A stretch of DNA of 32,000 nucleotides. It comes from Zymomonas mobilis subsp. mobilis ATCC 10988. Lineage in GTDB: Bacteria > Pseudomonadota > Alphaproteobacteria > Sphingomonadales > Sphingomonadaceae. A program made the position numbers and the translations under genes. The number at the start of each line of letters is the position of its first letter. The stretch's first letter is position 1. Under the pieces are notes generated by a model. That model was not told the DNA's origin. It ran no database searches and saw only the letters and a program-made list of their open reading frames with translations. Below are positions 1-10,013 of this stretch, piece by piece. Location: positions 1,740,001-1,772,000 of the forward strand of contig NC_017262.1 of NCBI RefSeq assembly GCF_000175255.2. Direction: 5' to 3'.

Positions 1-1419
1 AAGTCCAATTAAAATCTGGCGGCTATATTGGCATTCAAGATCAGAAATAGTCGGCGTGGGAAGATCAGATAGCGTGACCGTCGCTGCTATTGTAGTCTGA
101 CTGTCCTGCTGTTTTTTACTTTTCCACCCGAAATTCTCGTAGAAGAGATTTTTAAAATTGCTGCGATAACCACGGGCAATAAATTCATCACGGCAGGAGG
201 CTGCTAATTCGTCCAGTCTTTTGGATAAAGCGGCACGCCCTTCTGGTGACCGCGGATCAATCTGGGAAGCTTCAAAGCGGTATAATAACCGATCAAGAGC
301 AATCGGGCGGGATAAAACCTCTTCAAAAGCAGATTTTCCCTGTTCCTTGACCAAGTCATCAGGGTCTTTCCCATTGGGCAGGGTCACAAAAGACAGGGTC
401 TTACCGGGGCGCGCCTGAACAAGGGCGCGTTCAGCCGCTCTGACAGCGGCTTTCTGTCCGGCTGAATCGCCATCAAAACAAAGAATCGGCTTGTCTTCTA
501 TCCGCCACAGCCGTTCAATCTGATGTTCGGTTAAGGCCGTTCCCAATGGGGCAACCGCTTCGTGAATACCCGCTTGCGCTAGACCGATAACATCCAGATA
601 GCCTTCGACAACGATAATCCGATTTTGTCGTCTCGCCGCCTGACTGGCCTTATCAATATTGTAAAGCGTGCGTCCTTTATCGAAAAGAGGCGTTTCAGGC
701 GAATTGAGATATTTCGGGCTGTTATCGGGAAGGCTATTGCCACCCTCTATAGACTCCAGCCGCCGACCACCAAAGGCAATAACACGTCCGCGTTGGTCTT
801 TAATCGGAATCATCAGCCGTCCGCGGAACCGGTCATAGGGATCTCGCCCTTCAACCGATATCAACAATCCAACTTCAATCAGCTTTTCAACGGCATGATG
901 GGATAAGGCATTTTTCAACCGTCCCCGTCCATTTGGGGCAAAGCCGAGACCAAAATTTTGGGCGATGGCAGGCGAGATGCCTCTGTTATCGAGATAACGG
1001 CGCACTTCAGCGCCTTCGATACCGTGCAGCTGTTCAGAAAACCATTTCGCCGCTTCTGCCATAATATCATGCAGGGTTGCCGTTCTTTTGGCCTGTCTGA
1101 CCGCCGCCGGATTGGCTTCGGGAATATCCATACCCGCTTGGCCTGCCAATTCACGCACCGCATCCATAAAGGATAGGCCGCGCGTTTCGGTCACAAAGCG
1201 GATAGCATCGCCATGCGCACCACAGCCAAAGCAATGATAAAAACCCTTTTCATCATTGACGTAAAAGCTGGGCGTTTTCTCATTATGGAAGGGGCAACAG
1301 GCACGAAATTCCCGTCCGGCGCGGGTCAGCTTTACCGTCCGCCCAATCAGCGACGAAAGCGTAATGCGCTGGCGCAATTCATCCAGAAATTCAGGAGGAA
1401 GGAAGTGGCCGGTGGTCAT
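1..1419 (-). CDS. dnaG: DNA primase, 3' end beyond window edge
   Basis: Minus frame stays open from ATG at 1419 to position 1. Translation MTTGHFLPPEFLDELRQRITLSSLIGRTVKLTRAGREFRACCPFHNEKTPSFYVNDEKGFYHCFGCGAHGDAIRF has the DnaG zinc-binding signature (CPFHNEKTPSF...YHCFGCG). Absent from the ORF track as a full frame, apparently because it runs off the edge. Confidence 0.96.
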   Translation of the reverse strand, partial: MTTGHFLPPEFLDELRQRITLSSLIGRTVKLTRAGREFRACCPFHNEKTPSFYVNDEKGFYHCFGCGAHGDAIRFVTETRGLSFMDAVRELAGQAGMDIPEANPAAVRQAKRTATLHDIMAEAAKWFSEQLHGIEGAEVRRYLDNRGISPAIAQNFGLGFAPNGRGRLKNALSHHAVEKLIEVGLLISVEGRDPYDRFRGRLMIPIKDQRGRVIAFGGRRLESIEGGNSLPDNSPKYLNSPETPLFDKGRTLYNIDKASQAARRQNRIIVVEGYLDVIGLAQAGIHEAVAPLGTALTEHQIERLWRIEDKPILCFDGDSAGQKAAVRAAERALVQARPGKTLSFVTLPNGKDPDDLVKEQGKSAFEEVLSRPIALDRLLYRFEASQIDPRSPEGRAALSKRLDELAASCRDEFIARGYRSNFKNLFYENFGWKSKKQQDSQTTIAATVTLSDLPTPTISDLECQYSRQILIGL

Positions 1420-1658
1420 TATTGTCCCATGAGACCATAAAAAAGACGGAAGGGCAGAAAAGCACTAAGGCTCTCTGCGCGGAAAAGCGATAAAACCAAA
1501 TTTTTTTGTAGAACGGGTATCTGACTTTTATACTGCCCAGACGGGTATATCTGTTTTTGTTCATCGCGCCCTTGGTTCAGGGACAACTTCCCGCAAAGCA
1601 GAGGCGGTATCAGAACAAAAAAGGAGCAGCTATAAAGAAGATATCGAATCACCCGATA

Positions 1659-1664
1659 ATTATA
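1659..1664 (-). promoter_or_regulatory. Candidate -10 box (TATAAT) upstream of dnaG
   Basis: Perfect TATAAT on the minus strand (GCTAAACAGGTATAATTATCGG), about 240 bp upstream of the dnaG start. No convincing -35. Confidence 0.3.
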
Positions 1665-1935
1665 CCTGTTTAGCAAGAAAGTCGGGCTTTATCCAGTTGA
1701 AAAGCATTTCTCTTCCAACAGACTGAAAGATAAAAAGCGCATTTTGCGGATTTTTTGACCTTGATCGCTCTTCCGGCGGTTTTTTATCAGAAGAGAAGTG
1801 CCGGCCTTTCCAATCTAAATAGAATTTTCAGTAATAATCCTATTCTTTCAAAGCCTTAAATAGATATGCCTCTTGCCTAATTATACGTGTTTTTCTATCG
1901 ACGGTTTTCTTACATCATTTTGAGGAGGTAAAAAG

Positions 1936-2046
1936 ATGTCAGACTTCAATTTAAAAAACGAAAAATCGAATAAAATAGGCAGAATAGCCATTGTTTTTCT
2001 GGGATTTATTATCGGTTTTGTTCTTGCCGAAAAATTTCTGTTTTAA
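1936..2046 (+). CDS. Small membrane protein candidate, 36 aa
   Basis: ATG at 1936 preceded by TGAGGAGGTAAAAAG. Translation MSDFNLKNEKSNKIGRIAIVFLGFIIGFVLAEKFLF*, a polar N-terminus followed by one hydrophobic helix. Below the ORF-track length cutoff. Confidence 0.6.
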   Translation: MSDFNLKNEKSNKIGRIAIVFLGFIIGFVLAEKFLF

Positions 2047-2266
2047 ATTTGATGAAGTGTAGATGAAAATCTCTCTAATTTTCTCTTAATTCTACCACGG
2101 GTTGCTTATCCGTTATTATAAAAGACGAAGGGCAACCCTATTGATCGCGATCATACCACTCTAAAAAATATAATCCCATCAGCTCTAGGCCGTCTTTAAC
2201 TAAGTTATGTCGATCTTAAGAACAGACTTAATGAAAATTTGGGGTGGTTGGTTAAAAATCAAAGCT

Positions 2267-2287
2267 GGGGAGGCTTCCCCCTTTTTT
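2267..2287 (+). terminator. Candidate Rho-independent terminator, plus strand
   Basis: GGGGA-GGCT-TCCCC stem followed by CTTTTTT. Confidence 0.5.
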
Positions 2288-2329
2288 GTCAAAAAGCGGG
2301 GGCAAGAAAGTCCCGCTTCCTGACAAAAA
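2283..2329 (-). terminator. Candidate terminator of the YqeY-domain gene
   Basis: Nested arms TTTTTGTCA (2283-2291)/TGACAAAAA (2321-2329), 9 bp perfect, and AGCGGG (2295-2300)/CCCGCT (2312-2317), just downstream of the stop at 2347. On the minus strand a run of T follows the GC stem. Confidence 0.6.
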
Positions 2330-2346
2330 CAATCCGATCGGTTTTA

Positions 2347-2805
2347 TCAGCCCTGCGCCAACAGTGCTTTCACCATGGGGCCCGCCTTGCTCATATCCAT
2401 CTGGGTGGCATAGCGTTCTTTAATCAAGCCCATGACTTTGCCCATTTCTTTTATCGAGCTGGCGCCTGATTCTTTAATTAAACCGGCAATCGCGGTCTTG
2501 GCTTCTTCTTCGCTCATCTGTTTGGGAAGGAAGCTGCTGATAACGTCTAATTCACTTTGTTCTTTGGCTGCCAGTTCAGGACGACCGCCTTTTTCATACA
2601 TATCAATCGATTCGCGACGTTGCTTTGCCATTTTTAACAAAACTTCGGTGACCAGTTTATCGTCATCGGTTGCGTCACTTTCCGTGCGCTCTTCAATGTC
2701 ACGATAGCGAACTGCCGCTTGAATCAGGCGTAAAGCGGCGGTTTTTTCACTATCACGCGCTTTCATAGCGGTGATAAGACCGGCTTTTATTTCATCTCTT
2801 ATCAT
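2347..2805 (-). CDS. GatB/YqeY domain-containing protein
   Basis: From the ATG at 2805: MIRDEIKAGLITAMKARDSEKTAALRLIQAAVRYRDIEERTE... with KMAKQRRESIDMYEKGGRPELAAKEQSELDVISSFLPKQMSEEE, typical of YqeY family. The longer track ORF to 2931 adds an unconserved-looking N-terminus. Confidence 0.92.
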   Translation of the reverse strand: MIRDEIKAGLITAMKARDSEKTAALRLIQAAVRYRDIEERTESDATDDDKLVTEVLLKMAKQRRESIDMYEKGGRPELAAKEQSELDVISSFLPKQMSEEEAKTAIAGLIKESGASSIKEMGKVMGLIKERYATQMDMSKAGPMVKALLAQG

Positions 2806-3055
2806 AAATAATGCCTTATAGATTGGGAATTCTGACGACAGATCCCTGTTATTGCCGAAAAAAACAACCATATTTTCTAGTGGAAACCGGCATAAATGAC
2901 TGTGTTGGCGTGCCGGTGAATGGTCGGGCAATGGAAAGAAAGCGAACAGTATAGCGGATATTTGTTGATTTTAATAGATTGACCAAAGAAACGACCGCCC
3001 TTACTGATGCGCCGTTTATCTATTTCCCGCCAGCATAAAAAAAGGAGAACCTCAG

Positions 3056-4228
3056 GTGGCTGATCCCATATCTGCACGCCCCCCGGAAGGCGCAACCGGG
3101 GTTTTGGTTTTAGCCGATGGTCAAATGATATGGGGCCGCGGTTTCGGTGCAACCGGAGCCAAAGTCGGTGAGGTCTGCTTCCATACCGCGATGACCGGTT
3201 ATGAAGAAATCATGACGGATCCCAGCTTTGCCAGCCAGATTATCAATTTCACCTTCCCGCATATCGGCAATGTCGGCGCGAACAGAGAAGATGTCGAAGC
3301 GAAAACGCTCCATGCTCTCGGCTGCATTGTCAGGGAAGATGTGACAGCCCCTTCTAATTTCAGAAGTCTATGGCGTTTTGATAGCTGGTTAAAAGATCAC
3401 GACCGTATCGGTCTTGCTGGTGTTGATACCCGCGCTTTAACTGGATTGCTGCGGAAAAAAGGCGCGCAAAACGCTGTCATTGCCCATGATCCCAAGGGAC
3501 AGTTTGATATTCCGGCCTTGATCGAAACGGCGCGTAGCTGGGCAGGGTTGCAGGGCATGGATTTAGCCCGTTCGGTCTCGACCCATCAAAGCTATAACTG
3601 GCAGGAAGGCATCTGGTCTTTACAGAATGGTTATAGCGTTGTTGATAACCAAAAAGGCCCCCATGTTGTCGCAATTGATTACGGTTTAAAACACAACATC
3701 CTTAGAAATCTGGTTGAAGCCGGTGCAAGGGTGACCGTGGTCAAGGCAACGGCGAGCTTTGACGAAGTCATGGCACATAAGCCGGATGGCGTTTTCCTTT
3801 CCAACGGCCCGGGTGATCCGGCGGCAACGGCTGAATATGCGGTTCCCGTCATTCGCCAGCTGCTTGATATTAAAATGCCGATCTTCGGAATCTGCCTTGG
3901 TCATCAGCTTTTGGCGCTGGCCGTTGGGGCTACGACGTATAAGATGCATCAGGGACATCGCGGCGCCAACCATCCGGTGAAAAGATTGGATGATAGCAAG
4001 GTTGAAATCACCTCGATGAATCATGGCTTTGCGGTCGCCACCGACAGTTTGCCAGAACAAGCGCGGCCAACGCATCTTTCCTTGTTCGATGGTTCCTTGG
4101 CGGGGCTTGAATTAACCGATCGTCCGGCTTTCTCGGTGCAATACCATCCCGAAGCCAGCCCAGGGCCACAGGATAGCTATTATCTTTTCACCAAATTCAT
4201 CGATCTCATCGCGAAGGAGCGGCCATAA
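3056..4228 (+). CDS. carA: Carbamoyl-phosphate synthase small subunit
   Basis: GTG start with AAGGAG upstream. Contains glutamine amidotransferase motifs FGICLGHQLLALAVG and QYHPEASPGPQD, and N-terminal GEVCFHTAMTGYEEIMTDPSFASQIINFTFPHIGN. Confidence 0.98.
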   Translation: MADPISARPPEGATGVLVLADGQMIWGRGFGATGAKVGEVCFHTAMTGYEEIMTDPSFASQIINFTFPHIGNVGANREDVEAKTLHALGCIVREDVTAPSNFRSLWRFDSWLKDHDRIGLAGVDTRALTGLLRKKGAQNAVIAHDPKGQFDIPALIETARSWAGLQGMDLARSVSTHQSYNWQEGIWSLQNGYSVVDNQKGPHVVAIDYGLKHNILRNLVEAGARVTVVKATASFDEVMAHKPDGVFLSNGPGDPAATAEYAVPVIRQLLDIKMPIFGICLGHQLLALAVGATTYKMHQGHRGANHPVKRLDDSKVEITSMNHGFAVATDSLPEQARPTHLSLFDGSLAGLELTDRPAFSVQYHPEASPGPQDSYYLFTKFIDLIAKERP

Positions 4229-4295
4229 TGCGGATTAACCGCATCTACCGCTCTTTCCGTTTTGTCTTTTCCTTTTCCCCGTTAAGGTTTTTGTG

Positions 4296-7200
4296 ATGCC
4301 CAAAAGAACCGACCTCCAATCGATTATGATTATCGGCGCTGGTCCGATCGTTATTGGTCAGGCCTGTGAATTCGATTATTCAGGGACGCAGGCCTGCAAA
4401 GCTTTGCGGGAAGAAGGCTATCGGGTTATTCTGGTCAACTCCAATCCGGCGACCATTATGACCGATCCCGATATGGCCGACGCGACCTATATCGAGCCGA
4501 TCACGCCCGAAGTCGTTGCCCGTATCATTGAAAAAGAACGTCCTGATGCCCTGCTGCCAACGATGGGCGGACAAACGGCCTTAAATACGGCCTTGGCGCT
4601 TGCCAGCGACGGGACACTTGAAAAATTCAATTGCGAGATGATCGGGGCAGATGCCACGGCGATTGATAAAGCCGAAGATCGCCTGAAATTCCGTCAAGCG
4701 ATGGATAAAATCGGTCTCGAAAGCCCACGTTCCTCGGTGGCTCATTCTTTGGAAGAAGCCCTTGATGGCTTGGATTATGTCGGCCTTCCGGCCATTATCC
4801 GTCCGTCTTTCACGATGGGTGGCACTGGCGGCGGCGTCGCTTATAATAAAGAAGAATTTATTGATATTGTTTCCGGTGGTCTTTCGGCCTCTCCGACACA
4901 GGAAGTTTTGATCGAAGAATCTGTGATCGGATGGAAAGAATATGAAATGGAGGTCGTCCGCGACCGCCATGACAATTGCATTATTATCTGTTCGATCGAA
5001 AATATCGACCCGATGGGGGTGCATACCGGCGATTCAATCACGGTCGCACCGGCATTGACCATGACGGATAAAGAATATCAGATCATGCGGAATGCCTCGA
5101 TTGCGGTTCTGCGTGAAATCGGGGTTGAAACTGGCGGTTCTAACGTTCAATTCGCCCTTAACCCCGAAAATGGCCGTCTGGTCGTTATTGAAATGAATCC
5201 GCGTGTTAGCCGTTCTTCGGCTTTGGCTTCCAAGGCCACCGGTTTCCCGATTGCGAAAGTCGCTACCAAATTGGCGATTGGTTATACGCTGGATGAAATC
5301 ACCAATGATATCACTGGCGCAACACCGGCCAGCTTTGAACCGACCATTGACTATGTCGTTACCAAAATCCCGCGTTTCGCTTTTGAAAAATTCAAAAATG
5401 CCAAACCGCTTTTGACGACGGCCATGAAGTCAGTCGGTGAAGTGATGGCTATTGGTCGCTCCTTTCCGGAAAGTCTTCAAAAAGCGCTGCGTGGTCTAGA
5501 AAATGGCCTTTCGGGTCTTGATCCGGTCGAAGCTCTGGTTGGAGCCAATCCTTCGGTGATAGAAGCCGAATTGGCACGTCCAACGCCTGATCGTCTATTG
5601 GTGGCTGCCCAAGCCTTACGGGAAGGTCTTACCGCAGAAAGAATCTGCGAAATCACCCATTACGATCCTTGGTTTATTGCACGGTTGGCTGAAATTATTG
5701 CTGCTGAAAATGAAGTCATTTCCAATGGCCTTCCTCTTGAAGCCGCCGCTTTCCGCCGCTTAAAAGCCATGGGCTTCTCCGATAAACGCTTGGCTGATCT
5801 CGCTTTGCAATCAGCTCATCTGCGTGGCTTAGGTAAAGCACAAGCCAAAGGCTCCGGCATTGTGCATGATGCGTTGCAGGCCATGACAGGCGGCGTAACA
5901 GAAGCCGAAGTGCGCACTTTACGGCATAGCCTGAATATCCGCCCTGTTTTCAAGCGGATTGATAGCTGCGCAGCTGAATTTGAAGCCAAAACGCCTTATA
6001 TGTATTCCACTTATGAAGCGCCTTTCTTTGGTGAACCTGTTTGCGATTCTTTGCCAAGCAATCGTAAAAAGGTTGTGATCCTTGGTGGCGGGCCCAACCG
6101 TATCGGGCAGGGTTTGGAATTTGATTATTGCTGCTGTCATGCTTGCTTTGCTTTGGAAGCAGCTGGCTATGAAACGATTATGGTTAATTGTAACCCAGAA
6201 ACGGTTTCAACTGACTATGACACTTCCGACCGCCTCTATTTCGAGCCTTTGACGGGCGAAGATGTGCTAGAAATCCTGCATACAGAGCAGAAAAACGGCA
6301 CGCTTGTCGGTGTAATTGTTCAGTTCGGTGGTCAAACCCCTCTGAAACTGGCGGCCGAAATTGAAAAAGCCGGTATCCCGATTTTGGGAACCAGCCCTGA
6401 TGCTATTGATCTTGCCGAAGATCGCGAACGCTTCTCGGCTTTGGTCTCTGAATTAGGCTTACTCCAGCCTGCCAATGGCATTGCCCGCAGCCGCGATGAA
6501 GCCATCAGTGTTGCCGACAAAATCGGTTATCCAATCCTGATCCGTCCTTCCTATGTTTTGGGTGGTCGGGCGATGGAAATCATCGATGGCCCCAGCCAGT
6601 TGGATGACTATATTCATACGGCGGTCAAGGTTTCCGGTGAATCTCCCGTTTTGATTGATCAATATTTGCGGGATGCGACCGAAGTCGATGTGGATGCCGT
6701 GGCTGATGGCGATGATGTCGTTGTCGCTGGTATCTTACAGCATATCGAAGAAGCGGGTATCCATTCGGGGGACAGCGCTTGCTCTATCCCGCCTTATAGC
6801 TTGCCAGCCTCGATCATCGAAGAGATCAAAAGCCAGACCGATAAATTAGCCCGCGCTTTAAAGGTGCAGGGGTTGATGAATATTCAGTTCGCGGTCAAAG
6901 GTGACAAGGTTTATCTGATTGAAGTCAATCCCCGTGCCAGCCGTACGGTGCCTTTTGTTGCAAAAGCAGATGGTCGTCCTGTCGCTCAAGTCGCCGCCAG
7001 AGTTATGGCTGGTGAAAAATTGCGGAATTTACCGGAAATAAGCTGGCCAGAAGGGTATACCGCAGTCAAAGAAGCGGTCTTCCCATGGGCGCGTTTCCCA
7101 GGGGTTGATCCGGTTCTGTCACCGGAAATGAAATCCACTGGCGAAGTGATGGGCATTGATATCGACTTCCCGATGGCTTTTGCCAAAGCCCAGTTGGCAG

Positions 7201-7628
7201 CCGGTAATGCCCTTCCTCGGGCAGGCACCTTCTTTATTTCTGTCAAAGACAGCGATAAAGCCCAGATAGTCGAGCCGATAAAAGCTTTAACCGATCTGGG
7301 GATAAAATTGGTCGCGACCGACGGTACGGCTCGCTACCTGCAATCCAAGGGCGTTCCTGTTGAACGGGTCAACAAAGTCAGGGAAGGGCGCCCTCATATT
7401 GTCGATTTAATCAAGGATGGAGCCATTAGTCTGGTTGTCAACACCACAGAAGGATGGCAATCTCTACAGGATTCGGCTTCTATCCGTTCTTCGGTAGTAT
7501 TAGCCCCCGTTCCTTATTTCACGACCGCTGCGGCTGCTATTGTTGCTGCTGAGGCGATTGTGGCAATCAAGGCACGGGAACTTGAAGTCCGTTCTTTGCA
7601 ATCCTATCATTCAATGAAGCACGCCTAA
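4296..7628 (+). CDS. carB: Carbamoyl-phosphate synthase large subunit
   Basis: About 1110 aa. [57 protein letters not shown]; two ATP-grasp halves; [39 protein letters not shown]; C-terminal MGS-like domain. The start could be the GTG at 4293. Confidence 0.98.
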   Translation: MPKRTDLQSIMIIGAGPIVIGQACEFDYSGTQACKALREEGYRVILVNSNPATIMTDPDMADATYIEPITPEVVARIIEKERPDALLPTMGGQTALNTALALASDGTLEKFNCEMIGADATAIDKAEDRLKFRQAMDKIGLESPRSSVAHSLEEALDGLDYVGLPAIIRPSFTMGGTGGGVAYNKEEFIDIVSGGLSASPTQEVLIEESVIGWKEYEMEVVRDRHDNCIIICSIENIDPMGVHTGDSITVAPALTMTDKEYQIMRNASIAVLREIGVETGGSNVQFALNPENGRLVVIEMNPRVSRSSALASKATGFPIAKVATKLAIGYTLDEITNDITGATPASFEPTIDYVVTKIPRFAFEKFKNAKPLLTTAMKSVGEVMAIGRSFPESLQKALRGLENGLSGLDPVEALVGANPSVIEAELARPTPDRLLVAAQALREGLTAERICEITHYDPWFIARLAEIIAAENEVISNGLPLEAAAFRRLKAMGFSDKRLADLALQSAHLRGLGKAQAKGSGIVHDALQAMTGGVTEAEVRTLRHSLNIRPVFKRIDSCAAEFEAKTPYMYSTYEAPFFGEPVCDSLPSNRKKVVILGGGPNRIGQGLEFDYCCCHACFALEAAGYETIMVNCNPETVSTDYDTSDRLYFEPLTGEDVLEILHTEQKNGTLVGVIVQFGGQTPLKLAAEIEKAGIPILGTSPDAIDLAEDRERFSALVSELGLLQPANGIARSRDEAISVADKIGYPILIRPSYVLGGRAMEIIDGPSQLDDYIHTAVKVSGESPVLIDQYLRDATEVDVDAVADGDDVVVAGILQHIEEAGIHSGDSACSIPPYSLPASIIEEIKSQTDKLARALKVQGLMNIQFAVKGDKVYLIEVNPRASRTVPFVAKADGRPVAQVAARVMAGEKLRNLPEISWPEGYTAVKEAVFPWARFPGVDPVLSPEMKSTGEVMGIDIDFPMAFAKAQLAAGNALPRAGTFFISVKDSDKAQIVEPIKALTDLGIKLVATDGTARYLQSKGVPVERVNKVREGRPHIVDLIKDGAISLVVNTTEGWQSLQDSASIRSSVVLAPVPYFTTAAAAIVAAEAIVAIKARELEVRSLQSYHSMKHA

Positions 7629-7651
7629 TCCCGATCTTTAATTGAGTGCAA

Positions 7652-7673
7652 ACAGAGCAGATTTCTGCTCTGT
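7652..7673. other. Intergenic stem-loop between carB and greA
   Basis: ACAGAGCAG (7652-7660) / CTGCTCTGT (7665-7673), 9 bp perfect, 4-nt loop ATTT. No immediate T-tract. Confidence 0.4.
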
Positions 7674-7709
7674 ATGGGATTTACTTTTATCGTTTAGGGG
7701 ATATTGCCT

Positions 7710-8186
7710 ATGGCAGCCCAAGAAAAAATACCGATGCTTATCGAAGGTCAGCAAATGCTGATGGATGAGCTGGCAAGATTACACGCTGAAAGACCTAAGA
7801 TCATTGACGCGATCGAAGAAGCGCGCGCTCATGGCGATCTGTCTGAAAATGCCGAATATCATGCGGCAAAGGAAAGACAGGGGCAGGTCGAGGCGATGAT
7901 TGGCGATATCGAAGGCAAATTAAGCCGGGCGCTTGTGATCGATCCGAAAACCTTATCTGGTGATAAGGTAATCTTTGGCGCCACTGTCCATCTGTTGGAT
8001 GAAGACGATAAGCCGGTCAAATATCAGATTGTCGGTCAAACTGAAGCCAATGCTAAAGGCGGCCGAATTTCTTATAATTCACCCTTGGGGCGGGCGTTGA
8101 TTGGTCGCAAAGTCGATGACGAAATCGAAGTCTCTGTACCATCAGGTGATCGTTATTATCTGATTTCAAAAATCGAATTTATTTAG
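7710..8186 (+). CDS. greA: Transcription elongation factor GreA
   Basis: [74 protein letters not shown] matches the GreA coiled-coil. The ATG at 7710 is preferred over the TTG at 7704. Confidence 0.96.
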   Translation: MAAQEKIPMLIEGQQMLMDELARLHAERPKIIDAIEEARAHGDLSENAEYHAAKERQGQVEAMIGDIEGKLSRALVIDPKTLSGDKVIFGATVHLLDEDDKPVKYQIVGQTEANAKGGRISYNSPLGRALIGRKVDDEIEVSVPSGDRYYLISKIEFI

Positions 8187-8202
8187 GTCTGGATTGTAAG
8201 CC

Positions 8203-8841
8203 GTGCGTCTGCCTCCTGCCCGTGCCACTACGGTTCTGGTTATTTTGACTTCCGGCGTGTGGCTTACAACCTTTTTACTGAAAATTCAGGATCTTTGGGC
8301 GGTAAAAGCGGGATTTATTCCCGCTCGTCTGCATGGTTGGGCATCGGGCGTGCCTTCCTTGCCATTCTGGATAACGCCTTTGTCCGCGACATTCGCTCAT
8401 GGCGGGCTGATGCATATTGCTTTCAATATGGTGATGCTGGCTTTTTGTGGCCGCTATGTCGAAATGATTATAGGCAGCCGTAAGTTCCTATGGCTCTATG
8501 TTATTGGTGCCTATAGTTCGGCTTTTTTCCAATATCTTTTCTATCCAAACAGCCAAGACCCGATGATCGGGGCAAGCGGTGCCATATCCACCTTATTCGG
8601 TGCTTATGCCGTTTTATTTGGACGAGAACCCCAGATTTTTGCTTCCCGTTGGTTTAACCAAGTCGTCCAAATTTTATGGTTGGCTGCGGCATGGTCTATT
8701 CTACAAATTTTAATTGGCTTCAGCGAAAGCCCGGGGCTAATGCTGGCAACGGCGGCTCATATTGGCGGTTTTATTACAGGCCTTATTCTTATTAGGCCGA
8801 TGTTGCATTTCCATTATTACAATAAGTTCAAAAAATATTGA
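8203..8841 (+). CDS. Rhomboid family intramembrane serine protease
   Basis: GTG start. Polytopic protein with HGGLMHIAFNMVML (HxxxN type), GASGAISTLFGAYAVLF (catalytic Ser in GASG) and AHIGGFITGLIL (catalytic His). Confidence 0.93.
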   Translation: MRLPPARATTVLVILTSGVWLTTFLLKIQDLWAVKAGFIPARLHGWASGVPSLPFWITPLSATFAHGGLMHIAFNMVMLAFCGRYVEMIIGSRKFLWLYVIGAYSSAFFQYLFYPNSQDPMIGASGAISTLFGAYAVLFGREPQIFASRWFNQVVQILWLAAAWSILQILIGFSESPGLMLATAAHIGGFITGLILIRPMLHFHYYNKFKKY

Positions 8842-8993
8842 TTGCCGTCGAATATCCGGTGAATACAGCTAGCCTAGACGAGCGTTGCGTTGGAAAAAGG
8901 CGTTTTTAATACAGGCGGATCGCCTTTAATCGCTTATTTCAGCAAGAACAGCCGTTGTAGAAAGGCTTGTGTCGATTATTTTCCCATGATGTA

Positions 8994-9130
8994 ACAAGCC
9001 ACAAGCCACAAGCCACAAGCCACAAGCCACAAGCCACAAGCCACAAGCCACAAGCCACAAGCCACAAGCCACAAGCCACAAGCCACAAGCCACAAGCCAC
9101 AAGCCACAAGCCACAAGCCACAAGCCACAA
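8994..9130. repeat. 7-bp tandem repeat (ACAAGCC) x 19.6
   Basis: Direct count: 19 perfect copies of ACAAGCC (8994-9126) plus partial ACAA (9127-9130), no interruptions. Confidence 0.97.
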
Positions 9131-9179
9131 TTATATCTATAGGCTTTAGATGTCGGTTCTTAGAGGATCTGTCTTGTTA

Positions 9180-9213
9180 TAAAAAAGACCTCCCATAAAA
9201 TGAAGGAAGGTCT
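9180..9213 (-). terminator. Rho-independent terminator of the MlaC-like gene
   Basis: Minus strand AGACCTTCC-TTCATTTTAT-GGGAGGTCT-TTTTT: 9-bp stem with one G.U, followed by a T-run (plus arms 9186-9194 / 9205-9213, A-run before 9186). Confidence 0.8.
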
Positions 9214-9229
9214 ATCTTAGCCGCATTTA

Positions 9230-9259
9230 AAGGCCTCTAATGTTGATATCAGAGGCCTT
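9230..9259 (-). other. Stem-loop just downstream of the MlaC-like stop codon
   Basis: AAGGCCTCT (9230-9238) / AGAGGCCTT (9251-9259), 9 bp perfect, 12-nt loop. Confidence 0.55.
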
Positions 9260-9271
9260 AACGCCCGATCA

Positions 9272-9856
9272 TCACGAAGCACGTGCCTGAAGCATTTTAA
9301 TCAGGCTATCAAAGCCCTTATGCTCGACTACGGAATCAAAATCAGCTCTCTGGGTTATCAACAGATTGATACCCCCTACGGTCATATTGCTGACTTTATA
9401 GCCCTGACTGGTGTGTTCCAATGTCCAGATGACATTGACAGGATCAGAGCCTGATTTTGTCACTTGCGACAATACCGCTGCACCATCCCCCGCCGGAATA
9501 ATCCGAATGATTTTCAGCTTTGCCGAGCTGTAATCAGAAATCCGGTTGGCATAAGTATTGATAATAAAATTCGGCAAAGCGGCTTTATAGGCCGTTAGCT
9601 GTTCCGGTGTAATCTGGCTTTTCCAGCGCCGGACAAGGCTCTCACCAATTTCATCTACTTGGAAATACTGGGCGAGCAGGGCTTTCAGCTTTTGATGAGC
9701 ATGAACTTTGTCATTATTCTGGGCAACAGACAAAGCCTCTGCAATCAGACCATTGATAAGACCTGTTGGGGTCTGGTTATCAACCGCTGCACAAGCAGGC
9801 GTTGCAAATGAGACAAGCGCAATGGGAAGCGCGAAAAAGGGCGCAACTTTTTTCAT
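9272..9856 (-). CDS. MlaC/Ttg2D (toluene-tolerance) family periplasmic lipid-transport protein, possibly HpnM-like
   Basis: MKKVAPFFALPIALVSFATPACA signal peptide, then ...LLAQYFQVDEIGESLVRRWKSQITPEQLTAYKAALPNFIINTYANRISDY... and C-terminal YKVSNMTVGGINLLITQRADFDSVVEHKGFDSLI. SD GGAGAATT precedes the ATG at 9856; the ORF extends to 9898. Confidence 0.85.
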   Translation of the reverse strand: MKKVAPFFALPIALVSFATPACAAVDNQTPTGLINGLIAEALSVAQNNDKVHAHQKLKALLAQYFQVDEIGESLVRRWKSQITPEQLTAYKAALPNFIINTYANRISDYSSAKLKIIRIIPAGDGAAVLSQVTKSGSDPVNVIWTLEHTSQGYKVSNMTVGGINLLITQRADFDSVVEHKGFDSLIKMLQARAS

Positions 9857-10013
9857 AATTCTCCTTTCCCGGACGGTGTCAGAGAAGTCGGTTTTCAAGG
9901 CTAAATCCAGATTTTCTGGCTTTTTGCTGATTCGGCTAATGTTAAAAACACCTTCAAGGAGAATGGCCTGTTGATATGCAGATTCTTCTCTAATGGTTAT
10001 TCGGGCGAATCAA

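Noticed and set aside
1419-1676. 85-aa minus-strand ORF whose stop overlaps the dnaG ATG (TAATG)
   Set aside because: TTG start with no SD, and its first codons overlap a TATAAT-like -10 box. Most likely dnaG leader sequence, and the overlap looks coincidental.
2239-2469. 76-aa plus-strand ORF
   Set aside because: Overlaps the convergent terminator region and the YqeY-gene 3' end antisense; no family features.
8994-9130. CRISPR-like array
   Set aside because: The units are contiguous 7-mers without spacers; there are no cas genes nearby.
8926-9149. ORFs over the ACAAGCC array (LWLVACG and SHKPQAT repeats)
   Set aside because: These are consequences of a stop-free 7-bp tandem repeat, not genes.
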